NCBI GenBank assembly: GCA_951406725.2
Contig: OX597835.1
Span: 10,912,001 to 10,976,000, forward strand
Source: Octopus vulgaris
Taxonomy: Eukaryota
Length of the DNA: 64,000 nucleotides
Reading direction: 5' to 3'
Part shown: one piece after another, positions 13,432-27,050 of the stretch
How positions within the stretch are numbered: position 1 is the first letter of the stretch
How the letters are laid out: each line of letters opens with the position of its first letter
Translations under genes and position numbers: made by a program
The notes under the pieces: model-generated
Database searches by the model: none
What the model was told of the DNA's origin: nothing
What the model saw: only the letters and a program-made list of their open reading frames with translations

Positions 13432-13770
13432 GTGTGCACATGGCTCAGTGGTTAGAGCGTTGAGCTTACGATCGTGAGCTTATGAGTTGCATCCTGGACT
13501 GGGCTGCGTGTTGTGTTCTTGAGCAAGGCACTTTATTTCACGTTGCCCCAGTTCACTCAGCTGTAGAAATGAGTTGCGACGTCACAGGTGCCAAGCTGTA
13601 TCGACCTTTGTCTTCCCCTTGGATAACACTGGTGGCGTGGAGAGGGGAGGCTGGTATGCATGGGCGACTGCTGGTCTTCCATAAACAACCTCGCCCGGAC
13701 TTGTGTCTGGGTGGGTAACTGTCTAGGTGCAATCCCATGGTCTGTGTCGTGACCGAAGGGGGTCTCCGAA
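13432..13770 (+). mobile_element. tRNA-derived SINE (family E)
   Basis: A box TGGCTCAGTGG, then a central tgtgttcttgagcaaggcacttt...cagttcactcagctgtagaaatgagt domain shared with 34458. Confidence 0.75.
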
Positions 13771-13964
13771 TATATATAATATAGACAGATAGATAGATAT
13801 GTGTACCAGAGTAAGCACATAAATGTGAAACGAGGTGGTAAAAAATAGTACTTGAACACTGGAGGAAGAGTAATATGCTCTATTAATAAAGCTGCAAAGA
13901 CATCACAAAATCTGATACTCAGAGTTTCACATTCCCATTCATCTGACAGTTTTGGTTAGGAAAA

Positions 13965-14002
13965 CTGTCTGACAAACGAGAATGTGAAACTCTGAGTAAC
14001 AC
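13965..14002 (+). ncRNA. Degenerate hammerhead motif in a palindromic element
   Basis: ctgt-CTGACAA-ac(gagaat)gt-GAAA-ctc(t)gag-TA-acac; mirrored on the minus strand in the left arm. Confidence 0.5.
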
Positions 14003-14274
14003 TTTTTGTGATGTCTTTGCAGCTTTATAAATAAACTTGGCTTACAGTTGTTTCCAGTAGTAAATTATGGGTGCATTACTGATAGGTTTACCCAATTTGT
14101 CTATTGATCAGTTGAGAAAATATGAACGACCTAAAGAAATTAATGCTACTCTCATCAGAGCCATTTTTAGTTATAATATAAATATTTATATATATGTAAT
14201 TCTGGTTACAATTTATATCTCTCTCTCTATATATATATATATATAAAAACATATTTCTGGTGATAATATCTATA

Positions 14275-14673
14275 TCTATATATATAAAGCTGAAGTTGTC
14301 TGTGTACTGCAGGTTTGGTAGCCTTCAACTAACACTATCTCCTCCAAGACCCTGCAGTGCAAGTTGACCAAAATTGAGAGTATGATAGAAGGCTTGCCCT
14401 TCCTTCAGTAGAAGAAAAAATTCAAATCGGACCATGTTAACACCAAAAAATTATTTACCATCAAAAAGGTGCTTTTTTTCTATGAAAATCCCTTTTTTTT
14501 TTTAACGATTTTTTGACTGCTGTGTGGCCATTTTTCAGTGTATTTCAACCAGAAAAATGTTCACTTAAAGAGAATAACAAGCTACATAATGCAAAATTTT
14601 TACTTTTCAAAAATTCCAATTCTAAAGGGTCGAAAAGAAAACAAGCCTGAGCAACGCTGGGCTATACTGCTAG
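14275..14673 (+). mobile_element. Non-autonomous Helitron
   Basis: 5' TC (a|TCTATATATATAAAG). Subterminal hairpin agcctgagcaacgctgggct. 3' CTAG (14670-14673) followed by T; no TSD. Confidence 0.8.
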
Positions 14674-14898
14674 TTTATATATGTATGTATATGTATGCAT
14701 GTGTGCTTTACAGTTAAGAAGTTTGTTTTGCAACCACTTGGTTGTGGGTTCTGTCCCATTGCTTGGCACGTCAGGAAAATGTCTTCTGCAATAGCTCTGT
14801 GCTAATCAGTGCCTTGGGAATAAATTGGTAATAGGTAAATGGGTTGGTGGTAAAGGTAAGAAATCCTTCATAGCTGTGTGTGTGTGCATGTGCCTGCA

Positions 14899-14949
<51 letters not shown>

Positions 14950-15220
14950 TGCCCTTTGAGCTTTGGTTGGTTAACTCATCTGTGACTTAGCAGTTCAACA
15001 AAAGGAGTCCGACAGAATAAGAGAACAAGTATCAGACTTTGGTTAAGTTCTTGGGTTGATTTGAATGATCAAAAATTCTTTGAAGGGTTGCTCCAGTATG
15101 ACCACCATCCAAAGACCGAAAGAAGCCGAAGAACACAATGGTGATGAAGTCTAACTATCTGACCACACACACACACACACACAAATACACGTACGCACAC
15201 GTAATTGCATTTAAACACAA

Positions 15221-15262
<42 letters not shown>

Positions 15263-15877
15263 CTATATTTTTTTTCTCATTATTTCTTGTTTTGCCAAGT
15301 AATGTCTCTCTTCTGTGTGACAAAATAATAAATCATACATCAATCATCAATCATCATCATCATCATCATCATCATCATTTGTTCTAAATCTTTAATACTG
15401 CTAGTAGTAGTAGTAGTAGTAGTAGTAGCAGTAGTAGTAGTGGTGTTTGTGGTGGTGGTGGTGGCGGTGGTCGTAGTGGTTAGAGGTGGGAGGAAGTGGA
15501 CATTAATGTTAATATACTAAAAATATTTTCATAACATCATTAATATCTATTCATCCAATTTTCTTCGTCTTTTGTTTTTGCGTCCCGCCCCCTCCCCCTC
15601 CCCCCACCTTTAACCTCGTTTTTATTATTTTTTTTCCTGTTTATTGAAATTTGTTTATGTTGTGATTGTATGTGTGTGTGTATAGACACACACACACACA
15701 CACACACTTGTACTTGTGTATGTAAGAATGTATGCGTGTGTTTGTGAGTGTGTGTCTATATATGTATGAATATACATGTATATATATATATATATACACA
15801 CACATATATATATGTATGTATATATATATACATATATATGCACATTTATGTATGTATGTATCTATATATACATTATA

Positions 15878-15924
<47 letters not shown>

Positions 15925-15994
15925 TATACATATATATATATATACATACTCACACACACATGTACATATATGTTTATATGTGTATATATACATG

Positions 15995-16029
<35 letters not shown>

Positions 16030-16113
16030 TTGTGTGTATTTTTTATATGTGTTGATAAATGTATGTATAGATATGTATATATGTGTATGCTTGTGCATAT
16101 ACCTATACATACA

Positions 16114-16178
<65 letters not shown>

Positions 16179-17184
16179 ACACACGTGCACACACTCACAT
16201 GCACACACATTTATATTGAAAGGTAAATAAAGGGAATGTATACTTGTAAACCTCGGAGCCTGAACTGGTTTATTTTCTACTTTTCTTTAATTCTACACCA
16301 CTTATGTCTAATGTTTATCAACCTCGTCCTTATAGCCACTCATTATGGATATTAAAACAGACAATTGTTTGAGGTTGCGTTGATTTAATTTCTTCGATTG
16401 ATGGGTTTTTCCACTCCCGCCCTCCCCCGTCATGTGATACGGAGGTTGTCTGTTAGATTTGCTGCCTGGAAAGATTGTCCGAGACAGTCACACATTCCTA
16501 GTGAAATAAATTGATCTCTGTTTGTTTTCAAAGGTGAGTGCGGTAATTCTTTGATAAATGGGACCGTCTAATCATTGGTTTGTAATGTGATGTGGCTGAG
16601 AATTCTGCAGACGTATTCTTATTGTAATCATAGGGTACTGCCGTGAAAGGTTTTGTCAAAGAGATCGAACCTAGAACTTATTTTTAAGCCTGATACCCAT
16701 TCTGTTAGTCTCTTTTGTTGAACTGCTAAGTTACAACATAAACAAACCAACACTGGTTTTCAAGCAGTCAGGAGGGGACAAACACAAAGAGACACACACA
16801 CACATACACGCACACATGTATATTTACAACAGGGTTCCACACAGTTTCTGTCGGCCAACTTCACTCACAAAACATTGATTGGCTTAGGACTATTGTAGAA
16901 GACACAGGCTCAGGGGTGCTGTGCAGTGAGACTGAACCTGGGACCACATGGTTAGGAAGTTTGCTTCCTAACTTCCTGACCATGCCTGTCGCATGTGTGA
17001 GAAGGTGGACCCATTGTATTACTGGTACAAGCCATTTGACAGGCTTCTACAGTGTTATTCTCTTTATTCTTCTTTACATGTCTGCGTTACAATGAGGCTG
17101 TCTTAAGAAGGCGCTCAAAATGCCATGCAACAGGATGGAACCCAGCATCTCATGATTGCAAGGTAAACTTCTTAACTACCTGAT

Positions 17185-17576
17185 GGAATATGGAAGCACT
17201 CCGTCGGTTACGACGACGAGGGTTCCGGTTGATCCGAATCAACGGAACAGCCTGCTCATGAAATTAACGTGTAAGTGGCTGAGCACTCCACAGACACGTG
17301 TACCCTTAACGTAGTTCTAGGGGGTTATTCAGCGTGACACAGAGAGTGACAAGGCCGGCCCTTTGAAATACAGCTACATCAGAAACAGGAAGTAAGAATG
17401 AGAGAAAGTTGTGGTGAAAGAGTACAACAGGGATCACCACCATCCCCTGCCGGAGCTGCGTGGAGCTTTAGGTGTTTTCTCTCAATAAACACTCACAACG
17501 CCCGGTCTGGTAATCGAAACCGCGATCCTATGACCGCGAGTCCGCTGCCTTAACCACTGGGCCATTGCGCCTCCAC
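17185..17576 (-). mobile_element. tRNA-derived SINE (family C), full length
   Basis: Reverse-complement copy of 4870-5254. TSD ACTACCTGAT at 17175-17184 and 17577-17586. Confidence 0.9.
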
Positions 17577-18583
17577 ACTACCTGATAATGAAAGTGGTAT
17601 ATGACAGGGAAGCACATGTGGCAGAGGGGACAATAAAAGCAGGAAGGGACATGGTGACATGTAGAACAGGGTGTGTTATTGACAGAATGGGAGGAGACAC
17701 ATGTGGGAATAAAGACAGAATGTGACAAGAAAATATTGTGGAATGGGCTACCATACTTGTATTGAATCATTGCAATCATCTGTTGTGTGCATCCATATTT
17801 TTATGTTGACAAACAATGAAAGTTTTGCATAAAAACAAACTGATGATGAGATATTTTTTTTAAAAATGTGTCCACAGAAGAGGAGCTGTGCCTATGTCCC
17901 CTGCAGGTCCCATCAATATAGTGATAATTATTATGGGGTCTGGAATGGTACAGTTGCCATATGCTGGATGAAATGTCTGTGAGGCTTGAGTTATGAGTTC
18001 AGATCTTGCCATGGTTAATTTAATGTTTCTTCATTCTAGCATTGATAAACCATTTTACCACCACCACGTCCCATGGTGGTCGACTGACAGAACTGCTAGA
18101 CTGTTGGTTGAGATACTTTGTGAGATATGCTTTGCTTCTTTGTATTCTGAGTTCAAATGCCACCATAGTTTTACTTTGTGGAGTAGATTTTTAGCGAAAG
18201 AATGTGTGGTTGTTGTTGAATGAAAGGTAGTTTAAGATCTGATAATGTTGTCTTTGGTCAAAGGAAATCAGGATGAATATCAATAAACTATTGCAAAGTC
18301 AAGTTACAATTGACCAAATAACCACACTGAAACACTTATTACCGTCTCTAAAATGAAATACAGTAAAATGGATGCAACAAAATGGATATGAATCAGGTAC
18401 AGCAAAATGGATACAAAGTGGATACAAAAGTTACAGTAAAATGGATACAAAGTAGATACGGCAAAATGGACATTAATAATTGACAATATATTGTATTGAT
18501 TCAAATGTTTATAAAAACGGAAGATAGAAGGTTAGTGAAACCTGCAGCATAGCATCAAAAATTCTGGTTACAATTCTGTTTAA

Positions 18584-18804
18584 CCCTTTAGTGTTCAGAT
18601 TATTCTGTCAAATGTGATGTTTGTTTATTGAAAATGGTTTGAATTAATCATGCATTATCTTGTAGTTTAGAGATTTCAGTGATGTGATTTTTTTAGTTTT
18701 AGAACGACATGGTAGGGCTGAGATGAAAGGTGAGATCTGGTCAGTTTCAATATATAACAGGTTAAATATTTTGGCCAGATATGGCCGGTTTGAATGCTAA
18801 AGGG
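18584..18804 (+). mobile_element. piggyBac-type MITE
   Basis: TTAA|CCCTTTAGTGTTCA ... TGAATGCTAAAGGG|TTAA (TIRs plus TTAA TSD). Confidence 0.85.
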
Positions 18805-19779
18805 TTAAATATTGGAAAGGTAAGAAGCATAGTGTCAAAGATTCTGGTTACAATTCTGCTCAAGCTGAAGCTGCGTAATGGAATCAAACTGTTCTCAATC
18901 AAAGATCCTAAACTTGCTCTTAGCAAACTCACCTCCCTCTGGAATCAGGAGAGAAATTGTTCCTTAAATAACTGAATAGGGATGCTTGGCTAGTCTATCA
19001 TGTTAAGGGGGTGGACAATCTGTGTAATGCTAAATAGACTTGCCCATCACATGATGAACCGAAAACACTGACAATAAAAAGCCACAATGTGGGTATCTAA
19101 AGGTCAAGAGTGATCATGCTTCTGCAACAGATTCAATCCCTTACACCAAACTGGGTTTCTTTATCAGAGGCCATTCTGTTGCAACCATTCGAACTTGGTC
19201 TCTTATTTGGGGATACTTTCTCTCCCATTCGTCTCTTTGTCTCCAGGCCCAATAGCCCCGGAAAGGGGTTGTGAGCCCTACTGTTCCACTCTCACTAAAT
19301 GGTAACAAACACTGAGGCTTTGTAGCAATTGGTTAGTGTTTAACACTTAAGCATTCTGTTTACTCTGCCTAATACATCAGTCTCCTTGCATAAGTTCCGT
19401 CCACTGCCGGACAAATGCCTCAGTATGTTCTCTACATCAACCATGGTCAGATGCTTTCCTCATCCATGTTTATGTGACGAAGAATTTAACACGGTCTTCA
19501 TTCCAGCTTCTGCATGGTCTTCCCTTCTTCCTTTTTTCTGGACATTGTATTCCTGGAAAATTAAAATTCTGTGAAATGTAATCCTTACTCCAGTTCTATA
19601 TTGAAGAGATGAGGAATTAAGCACATTATTTACAATTGACGGATATTTGTCTTCATCTTGTTTGTTGTTAACACAACGATTCAGCTGATACACCCTCCAG
19701 CCTTCATCAGGTGTCTTGGGGAAATTTCAAACCTGGGTTCTCATTCCTAAGGCATTTTTTGATGTTGTTGTTGTTATTA

Positions 19780-19858
<79 letters not shown>

Positions 19859-19969
19859 TCACTGCCTGGAATTGAGCTATATGCCAAATGCCCATGGGCA
19901 TATGGCATAGTAGTTAAGAGCAGGGGGCTACTAACTCCAAGACTCCGAGTTTGATTCCAGGCATTGATG

Positions 19970-20016
<47 letters not shown>

Positions 20017-20106
20017 AATAATCATAATAATAATAATCATAATAATAATAATAATAACATTGAAAAATACCTCAGGAATGAGAAACCAGGTTCGAAATTT
20101 CCCCAA

Positions 20107-20152
20107 GACACCTGATGACGGCTGGAGGGTACATCAACCGAAACGTTGTGTT
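20107..20152 (+). ncRNA. Minimal type-I hammerhead motif
   Basis: gacac-CTGATGA-c-ggctg(gagggtacat)caacc-GAAA-cg-TT-gtgtt. The inverted copy at ~19670-19715 has ggctg/cagct and GAAT. Confidence 0.7.
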
Positions 20153-20636
20153 AACAACAAACAAGATGAAGACAAATATCTGTCAAATGTAAATAAGGTA
20201 AATACTGTAATCCTTATTTATTCGTATTGTTCTGAATTAATCGTATATTGTCTTGTAGCTTTAAGATCTCCATGATGTGATTTCGAATGACATTGTAGGA
20301 TAGGTGTGAGAGGCCTGATCTGGTCAGTTTCAACATTTATCAGGTAGAATATTTGGGCTGGTTGAAATGTAAAAGAGTTAAACTATTTGCTGGTCTTGAA
20401 ATGAAGCCAAACCTTAAAATGAAGAATTAATAAAACGGTAGGAGGAGACATGAGTGATGGTAGGAGGAAAAGGAGAAAAAAAAAATTGAGTGGAAGGGTG
20501 TATGTGATGGTGGTGGTGGTGGGAGGATAAGAAATAGAAAAAAAAGCAAAAATATGGGGAAGAGGTGACATAGTAAATAAAAGATTGTAGAGATTGTTGG
20601 TGATTGCCTGTTGCAAATTGAATTGAACTTTTAATC

Positions 20637-21555
20637 AAATGTGGGTGAGAGAGAGAAAGAGAAGAAGAGGAAGAAGAGAAGAGAAGAAGAGAAAGAGTAG
20701 AAGAGAAATGTGGGTAAGAGAGAGAAAGAGAAGAAGAGAAAGAAAAGAAGAGAAATGTGGGTGAGAGAGAGAAAGAGAAGAAGAGAAAGAAAAGAAGAGA
20801 AATGTGGGTGAGAGAGAGAAAGAGAAGAAGAGGAAAAAGAGAAGAAGAGAAAGAGAAAGAGAAGAAGAGAAAGAGAAGAAGAGAAATGTGGGTGAGAGAG
20901 AAAGAAAGAGAAGAAGAGGAAGAAGAGAAAAAGAGAAGAGAAGAAGAGAAATCTGGGTGAGAGAGAGAAAGAGAAGAAGAGGAAGAGGAGAAGAGGAGAA
21001 GAGAAAGAGAAGAAGAGAAATGTGGGTGAGAGAGAGAAAGAGAAGAAGAGGAAGAAGAGAAGAAAGAAGAAAAGAAGAGAAGAAGAGAAATGTGGGTGAG
21101 AGAGAGAAAGAGAAGAAGAGGAAGAAGAGAAGAAGAGAAGAGAAAGAAAAGAAAATGTGGGTGAGAGAAGAGAGAAGAAGAGAAGAAGAAGAAGAAGAGA
21201 AGAATAGAAGAGGAAGAAGAAGAAGAGGAAGAAGAGAAGAAGAGGAAGAAGAGAAAGAGAAGAAGAGAAATGTGGGTGAGAGAGAGAAAGAGAAGAAGAG
21301 GAAGAGGAGAAGAAGAGAAGAGAAGAAGAGAAAGAGAAGAGAAATGTGGGTGAGAGAGAGAAAGAGAAGAAGAGGAAGAAGAGAAGAAGAGAAAGAGAAG
21401 AAGAGAAATGTGGGTGAGAGAGAGAAAGAGAAGAAGAGGAAGAAGAGAAGAAGAGAAGAGAAGAAGAGAAAGAGAAGAAGAGAAATGTGGGTGAGAGAGA
21501 GAAAGAGAAAGAGAAGAAGAGGAAGAGGAGAAGAAGAGAAAGAGAAGAAGAGGAA
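20637..21555. repeat. Polypurine minisatellite with AAATGTGGGTGAGA anchors (~13 units)
   Basis: Recurrent anchor separated by variable GA/GAA runs. Confidence 0.9.
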
Positions 21556-22439
21556 GTGGTTTATTAAAGGAAAGCAAATAAGTTTTGAAAATAGGGTAGA
21601 AGGTGATGGACTGTGTTAAATGCTTGTAAAAGACCCGGTTTACAGTGTGTAGGTATTTATTTGTGGAAGGTTTTTTGTTTTTCTTGTTTGTTCTTTATAT
21701 TTTTTTGGATGTTGTAAGTTGCAGGATATGACATAATGAGTCATATCACCTGCCTAACAGGTTGAAATGTCAAGCAACAGGTTTCAAGAGATATTATGTA
21801 TTATTGTAAACACTGATTTGTTGAGAGGAAAACGACCACCACGTAAAGGACATCCTTTTGTCACTGCTGTTCATGTCATTGAAGAACTTGCAGCAGAAAT
21901 TGTGGGAAATGGAATGGGATGAGGGAGGTGGAACGGGATGGAATTAGGTTTCGGTTGAAGTTGAAAATGGAAAAAGATCTCCATTTGTTCTTGTGTTTTC
22001 CCTCACAGAAAAATCAGAGAAGTGTCCAGTAACACCAAACAACTTTTCCACTTCTTGTCTGATGTGGTCAGTAAAAAAAAAAAAAAAAATCACCTATTAA
22101 TCTAAACTTGTCTGTGTCTGGGACAGAATGCATTTCCATTTAAGGCAGCAAGCTGGCAGAAGCGTTAGCATGCCAGGTGTAATGCTTAGTGGTATTTCGT
22201 CTGCCATTATGTTCTGAGTTCAAATTCTGCAGAGGTCGACTTTGATAGATAAACACATACATACATACATACATACATACATACATACATACATACGAGC
22301 ATAGAAAAAAAACGTATGATGGTGATGAAGATGAAGATGGTATTGATGAAGATGGTGACGATGATGATGATAATGGTGATGAAGATGAAGATGGTGTCGA
22401 TGATGATGAAGATGGTGATGATGATGGTGATGGTGATGG

Positions 22440-22474
<35 letters not shown>

Positions 22475-22485
22475 GTAGATGATGA

Positions 22486-22520
<35 letters not shown>

Positions 22521-22944
22521 CATAGTAGTAGTAGTAGTAGTAGTACATACTAAGGCTAGCAAGTTTTCAAAACACAATGCTTTTGGGTGTAGTATCTCAG
22601 ACTATGTCTTTCCCAATGAATCTGCTTCTTGATCGGGACAGATTTCTACATTCTGGCAAATGATGAGTAGTAACTAAAGGATGCATTCTACCACACTCTC
22701 TCAGTGTAAGGGGCATTTTGTTTATATGCTAACCGGATCCACATGTGTGGTTCAGCCGGTCATTGTTAAGTTGTGGATGTATTGAAACTGAATATTGACC
22801 AGTGGCTTGCATTCCATGTCATATCAATAAAGAGAGAGAGAGAGAGAGAGAGAGTGGGATGAGTAGAATATGTAAAAGATATACATATACAGAGAGACAG
22901 TGAAAATGAGCGTGGTAGATATATAGGGAGAAGGGAAGAGCATA

Positions 22945-22983
<39 letters not shown>

Positions 22984-23113
22984 GTGAGTGAGTGAGTGAG
23001 AGAGATAGAGTGAGTGAGGGAGAGAATGAGAGAAAGAGAGAGTGAGTGAGTGAGAGAGAGAGAGTGAGTGAGAGAGAGAGAGAGTGAGTGAGAGAGTGAG
23101 AGAGAGTGAGTGA

Positions 23114-23149
<36 letters not shown>

Positions 23150-23384
23150 GAGAGAGAGAGAGAGTGAGAGAGAGAGAGAGTGAGAGAGAGAGAGAGAGTG
23201 AGTGAGAGAGAGAGAGAGAGGCAGATTTGGTGACCTGAAAGCTGAGTTATTTCTTGAAGCAAAAATAACCAAACACCTTTTTGGGAAGCAGATTTTGAAA
23301 ATCAAATCTGTTTTCTTTAGGTTGCACTGTTTCAGAGCCTTTTGATGGTGTATATACTCTCATTTAGATAGTAGATATATACAC

Positions 23385-23790
23385 TCTTTACTTACTTGTT
23401 TCAGTCATTTGACTGTGGCCAAACTAGAACACTGCCTTCTAGTAGAGCAAATCAACACCAGGACTTATTCTTTGTAAGCCTAGTACTTATTCTATCGGCC
23501 TCTTTTGCCAAACTGCTAAGTTATGGGGACATAAACACACCAACATCAGTTGTCAAGCAATGGTGGTGGTGGGGGACAAACAGACACAAACACGCACACA
23601 CACACACACACACATACACATATATACACAATGGGCTTCTTTAAGTTTCCGTCTACCTAATCCACTCACAAGGCTTTGGTCGGCCCGAGACTATAGTAGA
23701 AGACACTTGCCCAAGATGCCACGCAGTAGGACTGAACCTGGAACCATGTGGTTGGTTAGCAGCTACTTACCACACAGCCACTCCTGCACC
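23385..23790 (-). mobile_element. Family B SINE
   Basis: Matches the family B consensus. Confidence 0.85.
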
Positions 23791-24257
23791 CATGTCTAAA
23801 AGTTGATGAATACTACCTCTTGATCCCCTCCATTTTCTTATTGATATATTTATATATATATACATATATATAAATAATATTCCCTCAAATACTTATTATA
23901 TATATATATATATATATAGATATATATTTATATACTTTATTTAAAGCAGCAGAAAATTCAACAAAACCTGTTACTCTGAGTTTCCCGTTGCCGGCAACGG
24001 GAAACTCAGAGAAACAGGTTTTGTTGAATTTTCTGCTGCTTTAAATAAAGCATATTACTCTACCACTGGTACTTGAGTACACTTTTTTCCACCTTGTTTC
24101 ACATTTATGTGTTTAACTCCAGTAAGGGCATCCAGCCGTAAAAACTCTGCCAGATCTGACTGGGCCTGACGAAGCCTTCCAGCTTCACAGACCCCAGTTG
24201 AACCGTCCAACCCATGCTAGCATGGAAAGCGGACGCTAAATGATGATGATGATGATG

Positions 24258-24289
<32 letters not shown>

Positions 24290-24413
24290 ATTTTATTTAT
24301 TTATTTTATTTTATTTTATCTAGTTTCAGCTCACGAGCTGTGGCCATGCTGGGGCACCGCCATTTGGTGTTGCTACATGATATTACTTCACGAATGCTTT
24401 TTTAGCAATTGCC

Positions 24414-24450
<37 letters not shown>

Positions 24451-24718
24451 TATATAGAAGGAGCTTCTACAGGACTAGAACTGTTTCATTCAAGAGAAAT
24501 CATCAGGAAGCTAGTTAACAAGAATTGTATATATATATATACATAAATAAAAGTTTCATGTTGTGAATCTTTATTCACAGATACCCGAGCTGAAAAGAAA
24601 CTTGCATAAACTCCAAACTAATGCACTTGTAGGTTCATGGCAATCTTTGTCTTTATCTTTATATACATTTTTATGCACATGTGCATACATGCACTCACAC
24701 ACATGCATATTGTTACAC

Positions 24719-24760
<42 letters not shown>

Positions 24761-25120
24761 TTTTATATTGTGTGTTCTTGGAGTTATTTAGCTTCTTTCA
24801 GCTGCCATAGCTGATTCCAGCGTTAAATATCATGTTTGGTGCTGACTCTTCTGTGTTCTTCATGTTGGCATTGCTGTACATTATGAAGGGAAATTAGTTT
24901 TGTATTCATGTGCACGGGAATATCGCTGTGCATGCACTCCTCTGTGTTAGTGCGCATGAGAACGTCTTTGTATGAGTTTATATGTGTGTGTGTGTGTGTG
25001 TTTGCGTGTGAGGATGTGTATGCATACATACATATGTACATACATATATGCATAAATATACATATATGTGTGTGTGTATAAATGTTTTTGTGTATGTACA
25101 CTTTGATTAATGTATATGTA

Positions 25121-25158
<38 letters not shown>

Positions 25159-25163
25159 CATTT

Positions 25164-25204
<41 letters not shown>

Positions 25205-25209
25205 CATTT

Positions 25210-25248
<39 letters not shown>

Positions 25249-25249
25249 C

Positions 25250-25292
<43 letters not shown>

Positions 25293-25381
25293 CATTTACA
25301 CACACACACACACATATATATACATTTACACACACATACACACACACATATATATATAAATATACATTTACATGCATACAG

Positions 25382-25424
<43 letters not shown>

Positions 25425-25429
25425 CATTT

Positions 25430-25461
<32 letters not shown>

Positions 25462-25572
25462 TCACACATACATCTATTTATGTGTGTGTTGTGATAGACC
25501 TAACATGAACCTAAAAGAGTACATCTCACCTTATCCTAATCAAAGTGCATTTATACACACACACACACTCAT

Positions 25573-25618
<46 letters not shown>

Positions 25619-26371
25619 GCACGCGTGCGCAGGTAGAAGCAATGCACACTCAGTCACAGTGCAGTCTAATAGATTTACATAAACACCTGTATTGAAAGCA
25701 TTCCAGCTGTGCCGACTTTCAGACTTCTTCTTTCTGTATCTCACTTTTATATTAATATTGAATATGTTTCTAATACATTAAACCAATTGACATGGACCGA
25801 AATAGTTCATTTATTTCTACAGTTTCTACCTTTGACCAATACATCTATGTTCACACACACACACACACATACACACACACACGTGTGTGTGTATATTTAT
25901 AGGTACAATTCTTTACTTTATAGTTGGATACTGTTTCATTAATATTGGAATTAAATTTTTCAATGTATTGTATCACAATCTCTCTCTCTCTATATATATA
26001 TATAGAGAGAGAGAGAGAGGAAAGGCATCCAGCTGTAGAAACTCTGCCAAATCAGACTGGTGCCTGGTGCAGCCCCTGGCTTCCCAGACCCCGGTCGAAC
26101 CGTCCAACCTGTGCTAGCATGGAAAACGGACGTTAAACGATGATGATGATGATGAAGATGATATATATATATATACTTTATTTAAAGCAGCAGAAAATTC
26201 AACAAAACCTGTTACTCTGAGTTTCCCGGGAAACTCAGAGTAACAGGTTTTGTTGAATTTTCTGCTGCTTTAAATAAAGCATATTACTCTACCACTGGTA
26301 TTTGAGTACTCTTTTTTCCACCTTGTTTCACATTTATGTGTTTACTCCGTAATATATATATATATATATAT

Positions 26372-26774
26372 TACTCTCTTTTATTCTTTTACTTGTTTCA
26401 GTCATTTGACTGCGGCCATGCTAGAGCACCACCTTTAATCGAGCAACTCGACCCCGGGACTTATTCTTTGTAAGCCCAGTACTTATTCTATCAGTCTCTT
26501 TTTGCCGAACTGCTAAGTGACGGGGACATAAACACACCAGCATCGGTTGTCAAGCAATGCTAGGGGGGACAAACACAAACACACAAACACACACACATAC
26601 ATATATATATACATATATACGACGGGCTTCTTTCAGTTTCCGTCTACCAAATCCACTCACAAGGCTTTGGTCGGCCCGAGGATATAGTAGAAGACATTTG
26701 CCCAAGGTGCCACGCAGTGGAGCTGAACCTGGAACCATGTGGTTGGTAAGCAAGCTACTTACCACACAGTCACG

Positions 26775-26778
<4 letters not shown>
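26372..26778 (-). mobile_element. Family B SINE
   Basis: Matches the family B consensus. Confidence 0.85.
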
Positions 26779-26813
<35 letters not shown>

Positions 26814-27050
26814 TGGAGTAAACACATAAATGTGAAACAAGGTGGAAAAAAGAGTACTCAAATACCAGGGGTAGAGTAATATGCTTTATTTAAAAGCAGT
26901 AGAAATTCAACAAAACCTGTTACTCTGAGTTTCAAGTTCCCGTTTCATTCTGGCTTCCCAGACCCCATGGAAAGTGGACACTAAATGATGATGATGATGA
27001 TATAATATTTTCAACTTCATAAGGTTCAATTTGCCCCAATTCAAGCGAAT

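Noticed and set aside
20637-21555. CRISPR-like repeat/spacer look and the 387-aa and 271-aa ORFs
   Set aside because: The spacers are related GA-rich runs, the context is eukaryotic and there are no cas genes; it is a minisatellite.
24478-24506. Minus-strand CTGATGA-tttctcttgaat-GAAA-cagtt hammerhead-like core
   Set aside because: No adjacent stem I pairing and only one copy seen; could be chance or badly decayed.
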